Virus record (IMG/VR): IMGVR_UViG_3300017987_000005
Span: 1-41,156 of that record
Source of the DNA: a virus
Length of the DNA: 41,156 bases
Strand: one strand, 5' to 3'
Position numbers and translations under genes: made by a program. Under the pieces are notes generated by a model. The model did no database searches. It saw only the letters and a program-made list of their open reading frames with translations, and had not been told where the DNA came from. Numbering within the stretch: position 1 is the first letter of the stretch; each line of letters starts with the position of its first letter. Of the stretch, positions 5,902-15,922 are shown piece after piece.

Positions 5902-6401
5902 ATCGAAAAAAGTTCCGCATCACCATTAGTATATCTTCCAGATGATGATGGAAACGGATAATACTCATATTTCCTATACTCCCCATTATTATAACGAATC
6001 TTCCTGATTTTCATATCCAAAAGCTTAGCTGCGGCGCCGCGCAATACGTCCTTCATCAAAGAAATAACTTTATCCAGAATATCGAAGCACTCTTCCCGCA
6101 AAGCAAAAAACCATACTATATGTCCAAGCTCATGCATCCGGATATACCGCGATACTCCGTTGTCTCTTAAATCAATATCGTTCAGCACCATCTCTATGTC
6201 GCAATCATCCCAATCATCATGATGCCATACCCAGGGTGGCAACCCTTCGACCCACGAACGCTTCGGATATAATAATATTCGCGCAGTAGTCGAATCATCT
6301 TTAACTACGGTGACTCTGGACACCCTGCTATCTTCGACCCCGAAATCTCTCAATAAATTCCGAGCTTCCTCCTGAACTTCAAACTGGGTCATGCGAACCA
6401 C
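5877..6401 (-). CDS. Putative zincin metallopeptidase (ImmA/IrrE-like)
   Basis: HELGH plus distal ELFSMWFA; resembles 38703-39230. Confidence 0.55.
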   Translation of the reverse strand: MVRMTQFEVQEEARNLLRDFGVEDSRVSRVTVVKDDSTTARILLYPKRSWVEGLPPWVWHHDDWDDCDIEMVLNDIDLRDNGVSRYIRMHELGHIVWFFALREECFDILDKVISLMKDVLRGAAAKLLDMKIRKIRYNNGEYRKYEYYPFPSSSGRYTNGDAELFSMWFAWRMT

Positions 6402-6916
6402 TTCTTCAATCCGGATTCCTCAAACCACCGGCTCACAGTCGTCTGAGATATCCCGAAATGGTCTGCTACCTGCTGCATCGACAGTGTCGGGTTACATTTT
6501 ATCAATCCGATTACTTTATCGTAATACTTCTCACGAAGTTTCGGAGGACGTCCCTTTGGCGTATTAGATTTATTCGGGGTCTTACATGAAACGCGTCCTG
6601 AAACTATGTTCCGAAATCCTAAAGGATTATCCGGACGATACCTCTCGCATAACTGGGCTACAGTCAGATTATCCCGCGTCATCTCCTCCAGGTCAGCTTC
6701 AGATAAATCAGCTAATCTGACAATCTCTCCGCAGCACTTATAACAAGATACTCCTCCGAACCCTACTTCACGCTGATGTCCGCATACAATACAGAACGCG
6801 TAGCGGGTGACGGCTTTCCCCGTATCGTGACGGGCATACGTATTAGTATCGTCCCAGTCTCTTCCTATCATCCCCACTCTCCTTGTGCTTACGGCGCTCG
6901 TTACCGGCGCTCTCAA
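6389..6916 (-). CDS. Zn-ribbon plus C-terminal HTH protein
   Basis: CIVC/CYKC; GRPPKL...SMQQVADHFGISQTTVSRW. Confidence 0.7.
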   Translation of the reverse strand: MRAPVTSAVSTRRVGMIGRDWDDTNTYARHDTGKAVTRYAFCIVCGHQREVGFGGVSCYKCCGEIVRLADLSEADLEEMTRDNLTVAQLCERYRPDNPLGFRNIVSGRVSCKTPNKSNTPKGRPPKLREKYYDKVIGLIKCNPTLSMQQVADHFGISQTTVSRWFEESGLKKWFA

Positions 6917-7085
6917 ATATCATCGCAATAAAAATACACCCAAGCGCTAACAGAAACCACTGCCAATTATCCATAAGCAGTTGGGTCTCCGTTCGGTCAG
7001 GCGTCATAAAACGGCGTATCAAAGCTGCGTAAAACAATGCGCATGCTCCGATAATATAAAGCGTACAGGTAATAATACTTCTCAT
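6843..7085 (-). CDS. Small two-TM membrane protein
   Basis: Two hydrophobic segments. Confidence 0.6.
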   Translation of the reverse strand: MRSIITCTLYIIGACALFYAALIRRFMTPDRTETQLLMDNWQWFLLALGCIFIAMIFESAGNERRKHKESGDDRKRLGRY

Positions 7086-7282
7086 TCTATCGGTCCCCGA
7101 CCCAACAAATAATCCTCGGTCCTCTTCTCACTGTGTACGATAGTGCTGAAAAAGTATGCTTTCTGCTTCTCATACTCAGCCTTGCACTTCTCATCACAGG
7201 CAAAATCCCCATCAATATTGACGCAGATGGCGTTAGGACTGTTCAGCGGATTTTTTCCGCACTTTTCGTTCACGCAACTCAT
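7082..7282 (-). CDS. Hypothetical Cys-rich protein
   Basis: ORF with overlapping operon junctions. Confidence 0.6.
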   Translation of the reverse strand: MSCVNEKCGKNPLNSPNAICVNIDGDFACDEKCKAEYEKQKAYFFSTIVHSEKRTEDYLLGRGPIE

Positions 7283-7844
7283 GCTTTCTCGCTTTCCAAT
7301 AAGTCCACGGTTTATATTTTTTATCTATCCTGAGCTGCCCCATTAACTCCGGTACAGTCGCCTGCATCCCGAACCACAGGACAAACGGTATATTCGCGAA
7401 CAAGTACAGCCACGTAAACGGATGCCATATCCTGAATCGCGCTTTCCATACTTGGCAGTCGAGATAAAGCTGCATGGCTCCTGTGTAATACAGAAACCAT
7501 CCAAACAGCTTTACCTGTTGTTTCGCAGTCTTAATACAGTAATAGCGCATATCCGGCATATATTCTTTGTCACGCGGAATAAATCCGCACTCAGGACAAT
7601 AATAATTCTTGTGCTTCCCGACATCCTCTTCATCACCGAACATGTGCATATCAGCATTACACTCTTCGCACTTATACGGAAGTCCGATGACGGCTCCGTC
7701 GATGTACTTCTTCACAACTTCGACGTCATCAAAATCTTCATCGGGCCATCCGCAATCTTCACAGTATGCATCATCTCCGCGCGGAAATACGAGCAGTTCT
7801 CCGCACTGAGGGCAATTCGGGCTTACTTTATCTGAATCGGACAT
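7233..7844 (-). CDS. Double Zn-ribbon protein with hydrophobic C-terminus
   Basis: Four CxxC motifs. Confidence 0.6.
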   Translation of the reverse strand: MSDSDKVSPNCPQCGELLVFPRGDDAYCEDCGWPDEDFDDVEVVKKYIDGAVIGLPYKCEECNADMHMFGDEEDVGKHKNYYCPECGFIPRDKEYMPDMRYYCIKTAKQQVKLFGWFLYYTGAMQLYLDCQVWKARFRIWHPFTWLYLFANIPFVLWFGMQATVPELMGQLRIDKKYKPWTYWKARKHELRERKVRKKSAEQS

Positions 7845-7845
7845 G

Positions 7846-9015
7846 CTATCCCTTTACAACTGCGAGCGGGGTCAGCTTCTCAACAATCTTCACGAGGTCA
7901 GTCTGCGACTCCATGACTTCATCTATATCCTTATAAGCGCCTGCCGCTTCGTCCAGGTCCTTCTTTCCGCGAATCGAGTGAAGAATCCCCTGGTCGTCGA
8001 GACGCCTCTGCTCCGCAACAAGGTCAAGCTCACGCTGAGCAGCTTTACGCCCCATCTTACGTCCGGCTCCGTGACTACAGGACTCGAATGAATCGCGACA
8101 TCCTTTTCCTTCAACGATATACGACGCAGTTCCCTGCGACCCTGGGATAATCCCGAGCTGTCCCTTCTTCGCAGAAGTAGCTCCCTTACGATGAACCCAT
8201 ACGTTCTTCCCGAAATGGTTCTCAAGAACAGCGTAGTTGTGATGGATATTGATTGCACCATCAAACCCACACGTAGTAATGTCGTTGACAATATCTTTTA
8301 ACGTGTCCATCATAACTCCCCGATTCGCTGCTGCGAATGCGAGGGCATAGTTCATTCCGTCAATATAGAGCCCGGCATCGCGCTCCCCGGTAGGCAGGAA
8401 CGCAAGGTCTTTGTCCGGAAGGTCTGAGAACCATCGGTTACAAAGCTCCAGAGCTTTCTTGTGGAAGAAGTTCGCAATCTTCAGTCCAAAGTTACGAGAA
8501 CCGCTGTGAATCATCAGCCACAGCATCCCTTCCTCACTCTTCTGCAACTCAATGAAATGGTTTCCTCCCCCGAGAGTTCCGAGCTGCTTCGTAGCAGATT
8601 CAAGCTCCTCCCGAACAGGCTGGACGTGGTCAGCAGGTTCGTTGAACACTTCATGTTCAATAGGATTATCCTGATGATTGAATCCAACCGGAATACGGTC
8701 ACGTACTTCCGAAAGAATCTTCTTCAGGGTATCGGTATCGACATCATCAGCTTTAATGTCAGTCTTAACTGCGCACATGCCGCACCCAATATCTACTCCG
8801 ACAGCATTCGGGACAATGACACAATCAGCGGCAAGAACTCCGCCGATAGGCATCCCGTACCCCTGATGACAATCCGGCATCAATGCGATATGACTATGTG
8901 CAAACGGAAGGTTCGACAGGTTCTTCGCCTGCTCGAGCGCTCCCGGCTCAACGTAATCACACCACGACTTTACTGGTAATCCACATCCTTCTTTAATCAC
9001 CCACTTCATCATCAT
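7846..9015 (-). CDS. rtcB: RtcB RNA 3'-phosphate/5'-OH ligase
   Basis: MPDCHQG, VGVDIGCG, LGGGNHFIE, HSGSR, HHNY, HRKGAT, PGSQG, SHGAGR, DEAAGAYK. Confidence 0.97.
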   Translation of the reverse strand: MMMKWVIKEGCGLPVKSWCDYVEPGALEQAKNLSNLPFAHSHIALMPDCHQGYGMPIGGVLAADCVIVPNAVGVDIGCGMCAVKTDIKADDVDTDTLKKILSEVRDRIPVGFNHQDNPIEHEVFNEPADHVQPVREELESATKQLGTLGGGNHFIELQKSEEGMLWLMIHSGSRNFGLKIANFFHKKALELCNRWFSDLPDKDLAFLPTGERDAGLYIDGMNYALAFAAANRGVMMDTLKDIVNDITTCGFDGAINIHHNYAVLENHFGKNVWVHRKGATSAKKGQLGIIPGSQGTASYIVEGKGCRDSFESCSHGAGRKMGRKAAQRELDLVAEQRRLDDQGILHSIRGKKDLDEAAGAYKDIDEVMESQTDLVKIVEKLTPLAVVKG

Positions 9016-9874
9016 TCCTCTCGAATCTATAAATCATTCCTTCTTCGGCCCATCCCGCGAAATCGCTGATATCCTGCTCGTCGTAATTATCGGCATAATG
9101 CATAAGATACATCTTATTCTTCACTTCCTCGGGAAGTCCCTTTAACTCCTCCAATGAAGCGTGAACTGCTCCGGGGAAAAACTGGACATCGTGGAACATC
9201 ACTTCGGACTTATCTGCATACTGGTCAATCAGCTCGGTATCGAATCGAGTATCTCCCGAGACAAAGACGCGACCGTCAATAAAAAGTCCATAAGATACAA
9301 ACGAAGCTTCCCATGCCATTGACTGCTCCGGTATATGCATCGTCCTGAACAGCTCTATTGTCAGGCCATCCAGCTTTACGCTCCAGGTCTCCCTCGGCTG
9401 CATGGTCTTCCACTTCGGTCTGACAATATCAAAAAAGTCCGCCATATGAAGGCACTGACCCCCTCCGTCCGGTGACTCATTCCACTCAAGCCCCCCGCGA
9501 AGCGTCTGGTCCCAAAGTACTCGCTGATACTCCTCGGTTAGTACGATATTGACTTTGGGCTTATCCATGAAACGCATTCCGACGTATCTGTTCATCAAGG
9601 CAATACACTCGAGTCCCCCGACATGGTCAGCATGCGAATGTGTCGGCAACACACATTCTATATTCGTCACGTCCAATCCGGTATTCTTCTTCAGCGCTGC
9701 TGGTCCGGTCATCCCGAAATCGACCATAATATGCTGGTCGCCCTTGACGATGAGAAAATTCGTCTGACAATTCTTCTGTGCAAATGCGGAGCCTACCCCG
9801 ATGAAACAGATATCTAGTTCTCCATCATTCGTCAGCGACAGCTTGTCTGCTACTTTAATCTTTTCCACTAACAC
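8993..9874 (-). CDS. MBL-fold metallohydrolase (RNase Z/phosphodiesterase-like)
   Basis: GVGSAF, VDFG, THSHADH, SGDT, HDVQ, MHY. Confidence 0.88.
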   Translation of the reverse strand: MLVEKIKVADKLSLTNDGELDICFIGVGSAFAQKNCQTNFLIVKGDQHIMVDFGMTGPAALKKNTGLDVTNIECVLPTHSHADHVGGLECIALMNRYVGMRFMDKPKVNIVLTEEYQRVLWDQTLRGGLEWNESPDGGGQCLHMADFFDIVRPKWKTMQPRETWSVKLDGLTIELFRTMHIPEQSMAWEASFVSYGLFIDGRVFVSGDTRFDTELIDQYADKSEVMFHDVQFFPGAVHASLEELKGLPEEVKNKMYLMHYADNYDEQDISDFAGWAEEGMIYRFERNDDEVGD

Positions 9875-10244
9875 TCTCCTTTTTGAACTTATTCCCTACG
9901 AATACTTCCATCTCACTCCAATCAAAATCAACTACTGAAGCGCAACGTTTGCAAATCCCGTGCTCCTCCGCGCACTCCGGGCAAACATCGTCAGTATTCG
10001 TACTTCCGAACGTCATGTCTTTCCCACACACTCCACAAGGCTTCATTGTTATTGCCTGACCTCCGATTCGAGACGTATGGATATAAAAACAGAGCGGACA
10101 TAAATTCTCTTCGAGTCGCTTATCGCGCTCTACATCATACTTCGCGCGTTCAGATGCTTCGATGTGTTTACGCACACCCTTCTTTGCCCAGTGAGTCTGG
10201 CTACGCACACGCTCGTTATCTACTTTAACAGCTTTGTATTCCAT
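9855..10244 (-). CDS. Hypothetical Zn-finger protein
   Basis: Four CxxC motifs. Confidence 0.65.
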   Translation of the reverse strand: MEYKAVKVDNERVRSQTHWAKKGVRKHIEASERAKYDVERDKRLEENLCPLCFYIHTSRIGGQAITMKPCGVCGKDMTFGSTNTDDVCPECAEEHGICKRCASVVDFDWSEMEVFVGNKFKKESVSGKD

Positions 10245-10600
10245 TATTCGTCCTCCGAACTATTCTCCGCTAACTGACGTAGAATGCTATTCGTGCTTCT
10301 CGCCATATCCCATCCGATACGAAAAGCTTCATTAACTTCCATATCCGGCTTATCAGGCCAGACAGTTTTCTTATAATCTTCTATATCCTTGTACATGTAA
10401 TCGTGCTTATCCTCAGACTCCTTTAAGTTCATAATAAGCGTTCCGATAATTTCCATCCGCAACCAGTTCATCGAATCTTTCTGTCCCGTAGATTCGAGCT
10501 GTTCAGGCAGCAAGTCCAAATCATACAAAATAGACTGGGCATCGGTGTCGGTACATATAAACTTCATTACGGCATCTTTGTCAAATTCTTTCATCTTCAT
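10244..10600 (-). CDS. Hypothetical protein
   Basis: ORF with coupled start and stop. Confidence 0.6.
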   Translation of the reverse strand: MKMKEFDKDAVMKFICTDTDAQSILYDLDLLPEQLESTGQKDSMNWLRMEIIGTLIMNLKESEDKHDYMYKDIEDYKKTVWPDKPDMEVNEAFRIGWDMARSTNSILRQLAENSSEDE

Positions 10601-11381
10601 TCCTTACAAGCTCATAGTCTTTAACTACTTTTCCTTTTTTCTTATTCCCGCGTACGTGAGGAGGGCACCACATGTTACCTACAAATCCGCTGACATGCGG
10701 TTTCTCGGGAGTATAGTGCATAATGTGTCCACGACAAAGATGGACTCTATTAGTCCATCCTCCAGCTCCTCTCGACTCACTTATTGAAGTGCTACCACTA
10801 GTAATCTCGAGCGTGTAATAAGAAACTAATGGAAGCTTCCCGTTCTTACGCCGCTTCTTTTGAATATTCTTATGCGGATTATTTTTAACAGTTCGTATGT
10901 TCTTGCACGATAAGAACTCAAGGAACTTCTTCAACAGCGATATTCCAGACATGAATGCAGTAACCTGAAAGAACTCGAACTTAACTGACGTTGCATTATG
11001 GGCGTCGTCAAAATCAAGAAAATCCTTATGCTCCAATCGCAAATCTTCGTGATTAAACGCATACGACATGAATCTTCCAATAGCCATTCCTGGAGCGTCC
11101 GGCTTTTTGAAATGAGAATTGAGCGCAATTAGTCCTATGCGGTATCTCCCCGAATCATAATACGCATCATCGCTTACTTCAAATGCCCATATAAGTGTGT
11201 CGCTAAAAGCTATAACTGTATTAGGATAAGGAAGTCTGGATGGGAGAATAAAAGGGTCTTCCCACATCATGCTCTTAGGGATAAGCATATCTTCGTCAGC
11301 CCTGAACACTACGGCGTCGTTCAGCCTCACTCCGGCTGCTTGTATATCGTGCTCTCTCCACGTATCAATATACACGGTCAT
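10581..11381 (-). CDS. Phage hypothetical protein with HxxRGH...WxxPxxRG C-terminal motif
   Basis: VHLCRGH...MWCPPHVRG. Confidence 0.7.
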   Translation of the reverse strand: MTVYIDTWREHDIQAAGVRLNDAVVFRADEDMLIPKSMMWEDPFILPSRLPYPNTVIAFSDTLIWAFEVSDDAYYDSGRYRIGLIALNSHFKKPDAPGMAIGRFMSYAFNHEDLRLEHKDFLDFDDAHNATSVKFEFFQVTAFMSGISLLKKFLEFLSCKNIRTVKNNPHKNIQKKRRKNGKLPLVSYYTLEITSGSTSISESRGAGGWTNRVHLCRGHIMHYTPEKPHVSGFVGNMWCPPHVRGNKKKGKVVKDYELVRNEDERI

Positions 11382-11557
11382 TTCTCCAGCGTACTTGCGT
11401 ACTCAATACATTTGGTCTCGGCTTCCGATTTCGATTCAAATGGCCCGTAGCAAAAAGACTCGGTCTCATCCCAAAAATACCATCCCGGCCCTTCGTACCC
11501 GGCGTCCTTAAGTCCCTGAGACTCCTCGTCATAATATCGAACAGATTTACTCATCAT
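11378..11557 (-). CDS. Small hypothetical protein (59 aa, absent from the ORF track)
   Basis: MMSKSVRYY...GWYFWDETESFCYGPFES...; ATGA overlaps at both ends. Confidence 0.65.
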   Translation of the reverse strand: MMSKSVRYYDEESQGLKDAGYEGPGWYFWDETESFCYGPFESKSEAETKCIEYASTLEK

Positions 11558-12054
11558 GTGCTCACTTTCTCTTTCTTCTTAAGGAAAAGCTCAGCTTCCT
11601 TACAATCCATACACATCCCGCTGAATACTTTTTTGAAGGGCCACCCTTTATCCCCAGGCTCCCCTCTCGATACTACGCACTTGCTCGTAGCTCCGCGAAT
11701 ACACGAATGCTTCTGCTTCGCTGCTTTGCATTTTACATAATCAACATCTTCCGGATGCGGTCCGGTCGTATCGCTGCGCAACGATTTAAGCTCCTCAATC
11801 TGGCGCTTAGTGTCCGCAATATCCTCTTCAACAGCTTCGAGATGACGAATTTTCTTATGAATAAGTCGCTCAAGCTCCTTCCGTGGGAACTTACTCACTT
11901 TACGAATCTTCCATACTGGAAAATCCCAGTGAGTACTGTCAATCTCAAACTCCGCATAAGAAATAGCTTCCTCGCGATTATCAGCTTCGAGATACCAAAC
12001 ATGGTGTCCCTGATGTCCGGGTCCATGACGGCAATCTACTTTGTACCACGGCAT
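11554..12054 (-). CDS. Hypothetical protein
   Basis: Coiled-coil segment; Cys-rich C-terminus. Confidence 0.65.
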   Translation of the reverse strand: MPWYKVDCRHGPGHQGHHVWYLEADNREEAISYAEFEIDSTHWDFPVWKIRKVSKFPRKELERLIHKKIRHLEAVEEDIADTKRQIEELKSLRSDTTGPHPEDVDYVKCKAAKQKHSCIRGATSKCVVSRGEPGDKGWPFKKVFSGMCMDCKEAELFLKKKEKVST

Positions 12055-12242
12055 TTCTCGTCCTTTCTGTACTGCTCTGAAAGCTCATTCTGTAAATCAA
12101 CTAGTAAATCTCGCAACTGATGCGGAACTTCTATTTCGAAATGGCTGAAATCCTCCGCCCAACATGCGTCTATTTTATCCGGGGCTTCTTTCGGCTTCCA
12201 GGCAGTATGAAGAAGCGCTCCGTATTTCTTCAAGTTCAGCAT
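12036..12242 (-). CDS. Hypothetical protein
   Basis: Operon context. Confidence 0.55.
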   Translation of the reverse strand: MLNLKKYGALLHTAWKPKEAPDKIDACWAEDFSHFEIEVPHQLRDLLVDLQNELSEQYRKDEKCRGTK

Positions 12243-12472
12243 GGGAGATTCTCCTTGTACTTATCCAGCTTTTTGCGAAGCTTCTTTTCGTCATTAAGAA
12301 TCTCGCACAACGTATCATATAAAAACAGTCCAAGAAGATACGGATGAATATCATCGCCGAAATCACGACAAGTAAAAGCACTATCAACAACTTCGTTATC
12401 GTCGCCGTCAAGCTGACTGCTGACTTCGAATCCATGTGGAACAAGTCCCACGCGCACTACTGATGATTTCAT
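12236..12472 (-). CDS. Hypothetical protein
   Basis: SD GGAG; operon context. Confidence 0.55.
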   Translation of the reverse strand: MKSSVVRVGLVPHGFEVSSQLDGDDNEVVDSAFTCRDFGDDIHPYLLGLFLYDTLCEILNDEKKLRKKLDKYKENLPC

Positions 12473-12475
12473 CGC

Positions 12476-12667
12476 TCACTCTCCTTTAATATCGCGGCTA
12501 ATCGAATCTAAGTTGACTCGAATATATTCATAAACTTCAGGATAATTCTCACGGACCCACCAAAAATCACACTTATACAGCCAGACTAAATATGCTGCGG
12601 GTACGTCCTTGAGTCTCTCTCCTCCATGTGCTCCAAATCTAAGTATATAGTTTCCATCAACATTCAT
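12476..12667 (-). CDS. DUF3820/ExoX C-terminal-like small protein
   Basis: FGAHGGERLKDVPAAYLVWL; start reassigned to MNVDG. Confidence 0.7.
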   Translation of the reverse strand: MNVDGNYILRFGAHGGERLKDVPAAYLVWLYKCDFWWVRENYPEVYEYIRVNLDSISRDIKGE

Positions 12668-12833
12668 CTTCCAAAGCATCCCAGTTATCCTCGATATACT
12701 TCTCGAGGTCGGGGTAGCTCTCCTGCCAATCGCTATCACAATCTTCGTACAGCCACATCAGATAGTCCGCTGGAACATCCTTCAATGGGACTCCTACGTG
12801 GGTCCCGAACGGCATAGGCGTATTATCATTCAT
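12657..12833 (-). CDS. DUF3820/ExoX C-terminal-like small protein (58 aa, absent from the ORF track)
   Basis: MPFGTHVGVPLKDVPADYLMWLY; tandem paralog of 12476-12667. Confidence 0.75.
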   Translation of the reverse strand: MNDNTPMPFGTHVGVPLKDVPADYLMWLYEDCDSDWQESYPDLEKYIEDNWDALEDEC

Positions 12834-12978
12834 TACTTAAACCACCAAAAACAACAGGTCATGCGATATCTACTTCCTCCTGGTCCATCCATCAAGGCTG
12901 ACCTCCATCCGGTCACTTTGTATATCCTGTGTCCGGGGTCAATCCATTTTCTCCAGATTAAACGAAACAAAAATTTCC

Positions 12979-13383
12979 TCATGTCAGCTCCTCTGTAGGA
13001 TGGTGCATCCCGTGATGCTCTTTAAGCTCGGAATACTGCTTCCCTATATCATCGAATAATTCGCTGACGCATACTGCGCATAGGCGGTTCTCAATCTCTT
13101 CCTCGAAACGATACGCGCGTCCGCAACGAGGACAATGCTCCTCAATCGTTCCGTCCTTTATTATCTCGACAAAATCTTTGATATAATGAATCTTCCCGTA
13201 CTTACTGTCCTTAATGACCCAACACCGGTCCGTACTATTCGGAAGATATCGAACTTCTCCTCTAAGAGAACTTCCAACAAACAGTACGGTAACAATATCC
13301 CCGCGCTCTATCTGGTCATTAGTCATCTTTGAAAATCTCCCCGCGACAGTAACAGCATTTATAATTATATCGCTCAGTTCCAT
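12979..13383 (-). CDS. Hypothetical protein with Zn ribbon
   Basis: CPRC...CAVC. Confidence 0.6.
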   Translation of the reverse strand: MELSDIIINAVTVAGRFSKMTNDQIERGDIVTVLFVGSSLRGEVRYLPNSTDRCWVIKDSKYGKIHYIKDFVEIIKDGTIEEHCPRCGRAYRFEEEIENRLCAVCVSELFDDIGKQYSELKEHHGMHHPTEELT

Positions 13384-13654
13384 CTTCCTGAGTATTTATG
13401 CATATAAGCAAACGGTGCTTCTCAGGCATTCGTTTCCCGCAATCCTCGCACTTATACCACGGCTCCTCTCCGTCAAGAAGCTCGCAGGTGTCTGCAAGAT
13501 GAAGCAAGACGTCGCGAACACTATCCCGAGTCATGGCTTCATTATCACACTTTATTTTCCCGTCAGCCATGTAGAAAATAAAGTTCCCAAACCCCTTATC
13601 GGACTCCCAGTAAAGACTGATGTCCCGATTGAGTTTTACATTACTTACTTTCAT
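13319..13654 (-). CDS. Hypothetical protein with Zn ribbon
   Basis: CEDC...CCYC; start reassigned to MKVSN. Confidence 0.55.
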   Translation of the reverse strand: MKVSNVKLNRDISLYWESDKGFGNFIFYMADGKIKCDNEAMTRDSVRDVLLHLADTCELLDGEEPWYKCEDCGKRMPEKHRLLICINTQEDGTERYNYKCCYCRGEIFKDD

Positions 13655-13997
13655 CTTTAACCCACTTTCCATCCTTCCGGACTTCGACTTTAAGGTTCTT
13701 CGGCTGCATGGCACGCTGAACAGCTTGTTCGACAGTTTCTCCGCTTAGGCATTCATGCACTCTTCGGTTATGCCATACTTTCCACTTCGGGTGCTTGACA
13801 AGTCTCCGCAAAGCTTCCTTCTTATTCTGAGCTTGTGAGCGGTGCGTACGGCTCTCTCCAACAGCCCCCGACTCCGAATGAGTAATCCGTACAGCAGAAG
13901 CAGTCTTATTCTGATGCTGTCCTCCCGGACCGCCGGCTTTGAAAGTCTCAATTTTCAAATCCTTCTTTGTTACACTGAATAATAGTTCTTTAGACAT
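13641..13997 (-). CDS. Stand-alone RF-1 domain peptidyl-tRNA hydrolase (ArfB/PrfH-like)
   Basis: GGPGGQHQNKTASAVRITH...RSQAQNK. Confidence 0.9.
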   Translation of the reverse strand: MSKELLFSVTKKDLKIETFKAGGPGGQHQNKTASAVRITHSESGAVGESRTHRSQAQNKKEALRRLVKHPKWKVWHNRRVHECLSGETVEQAVQRAMQPKNLKVEVRKDGKWVKDESK

Positions 13998-14011
13998 TTT
14001 TAATTCCTTTA

Positions 14012-14111
14012 TGTTAAGGTGGCGAGGATGTTAGCACATCCCTGCGCACACAGCATATTAGTGATTTACGCAAATTTTGCAGTCAGGCGCTACCCTGCCC
14101 GCCACCTAACA
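14012..14111 (-). ncRNA. Candidate multi-stem RNA in the leader of the GGQ gene
   Basis: AGGTGGCG/CGCCACCT closing stem; GGATG-TGCTAA-CATCC and other hairpins; noncoding gap. Confidence 0.5.
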
Positions 14112-14283
14112 TAGCTTCAGACGTCTTTCGTCCAACCTCCTTTTATAATCCCCTGGACTATACATCCGGTCATATCAGCTTCCTCTTCCATCTCTTCGGC
14201 GCGAGCCTTAGCTTCTTCAAGAGTATCGCACTCTTCTACTCCCCCGCCGTCTCCGTCGCTAAACGCTATAAAATACTTGTCGC

Positions 14284-14475
14284 TCATAACTTCGCGTCCT
14301 TTGTGAAAAAATCACTCCCCTCCTTTACGAATCCCGAAACAGTGCTGATAATGCTATTAGCACGCTTCCCGCACTTCTCGCACTTCGTCCACTTCTTCTT
14401 TTTGCTTATTGAAAAATCACGCTGCTGCACGTGATTGCAATTAACACATTGATATTCATATGTCGGCATTACCAC
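14284..14475 (-). CDS. FmdB-family zinc ribbon protein
   Basis: MPTYEYQCVNCNH...CEKCG. Confidence 0.8.
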   Translation of the reverse strand: MVMPTYEYQCVNCNHVQQRDFSISKKKKWTKCEKCGKRANSIISTVSGFVKEGSDFFTKDAKL

Positions 14476-15359
14476 TTCTCCTTATCAAATATTACTTCAG
14501 GAGAATCGCACTTCGGATTAGGGAATTCCCGAAATAGTGCTTTCCTCGATATCTTCCTCGGAAGAGCTTTCTTCGCAGCAGCAATGCGACGTTTCAGTGC
14601 AGCTTGTCCATTAGCATTATCTTCCATATAACGACGATATGAACGATGCTCCTCCAACCAAACATTAAACGAAAGCTTCTTCTTTCCTCTAAACTTCTTC
14701 TTAATATGGTCATCAAACATCTTCGCTTTTGCTACTGACTCAGCGCGTTTACTGTGTGCAGGTATAAGCTTCAGTATTTCATCGGCGTCGGGACGTCCAG
14801 TATACTTTGTCGTACAGTCTATGCTGAATCCGTTCATGGACGGGATTCCTCCGAAATGCTCGAGAGCAATATCCCAGTCTTTTCTGCGCCTATCCCACTG
14901 ACGATTCGTAAGCTCATCCGGCTTATCGGTATTATTCCAATATCCGTACTCTTTAACAAATGGCTTATCAAACCATAACTGCTGAAACTCTGCCTGCTCC
15001 GTATAAATGATTCCGAGCATCTTCATAGGAATAGGTATAATAGCCATGCTCACTTCAAAATCTATAATCGGGTCACGCTGATTGGTTTTACGCATCCTGC
15101 GGATACGCTCCTCAAACTCACAAAAAGCTTGAACAAGTACTCCGTGCTTATACGCATTCTCCTCATGCTCCCCATCGCATCCAGGATGCATCCCCATAAC
15201 TAAACGGTCATGCATCGTAGTACAACGAATGGCTAAGAATTTGGAATACTTCGCTTGAATAAGCGGTTCAAGCTCCAGACGGAACTCCATCAGATATTTG
15301 TGAATCTTGCGAAAGTCCATTGTAGTGAATCTGAATCCATTATAAATCTTCGTGCTCAT
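14469..15359 (-). CDS. Hypothetical phage protein
   Basis: 296 aa; MSTKIYNG start and YWNNTDKPD motif. Confidence 0.75.
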   Translation of the reverse strand: MSTKIYNGFRFTTMDFRKIHKYLMEFRLELEPLIQAKYSKFLAIRCTTMHDRLVMGMHPGCDGEHEENAYKHGVLVQAFCEFEERIRRMRKTNQRDPIIDFEVSMAIIPIPMKMLGIIYTEQAEFQQLWFDKPFVKEYGYWNNTDKPDELTNRQWDRRRKDWDIALEHFGGIPSMNGFSIDCTTKYTGRPDADEILKLIPAHSKRAESVAKAKMFDDHIKKKFRGKKKLSFNVWLEEHRSYRRYMEDNANGQAALKRRIAAAKKALPRKISRKALFREFPNPKCDSPEVIFDKEKW

Positions 15360-15922
15360 TTACGCTTCCTCCGCTTGTCCAGTGGAATAAAGTTCTCATT
15401 CTCTGGCAAAGTTTTCATTATATCAACAATCCTCGTCTGCGCTACTAGTTCGAAATCATTATTATCAATCCCGACATCGTATTGCTTTCCGCGAGGTCCA
15501 ATCTTTCCATGCGTATGTCCATATAGCTGCCATGAGCCGAAGTGACTTTCTCTCCAAACACGTCCGGCAAAATGGTCAAGAACAATCCCCTGCCCATCCA
15601 CGCGTATAAACAAACGCTCTGCGCATGTTTTACTTCGGTCCTTAATAACTTTAAGAACTCGTTTGTTATCCTTATCTTGGTCATGATTCCCGAATACGAA
15701 ATAAACATCGACTCCGAGTTTATCAGTCAAGTCAAAAAATCGAACTGCTAGATTCTTCCGGAAAGTAAGGTCTCCGATAACGTAAAGGTTATCTCCGGGA
15801 TTCATAATAGACAGCTCGTTAAAAATTGATTCGTTCATCTCCTCAACATCTTTGAACGGACGGTTACAATACGTCATTATGTTCTTATGTCCAAGGTGCA
15901 AATCTGCGGTAAAAAAATTCAT
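15356..15922 (-). CDS. Calcineurin-like metallophosphoesterase
   Basis: DLHLGH, GD, GNHD, GHTH motifs. Confidence 0.92.
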   Translation of the reverse strand: MNFFTADLHLGHKNIMTYCNRPFKDVEEMNESIFNELSIMNPGDNLYVIGDLTFRKNLAVRFFDLTDKLGVDVYFVFGNHDQDKDNKRVLKVIKDRSKTCAERLFIRVDGQGIVLDHFAGRVWRESHFGSWQLYGHTHGKIGPRGKQYDVGIDNNDFELVAQTRIVDIMKTLPENENFIPLDKRRKRK

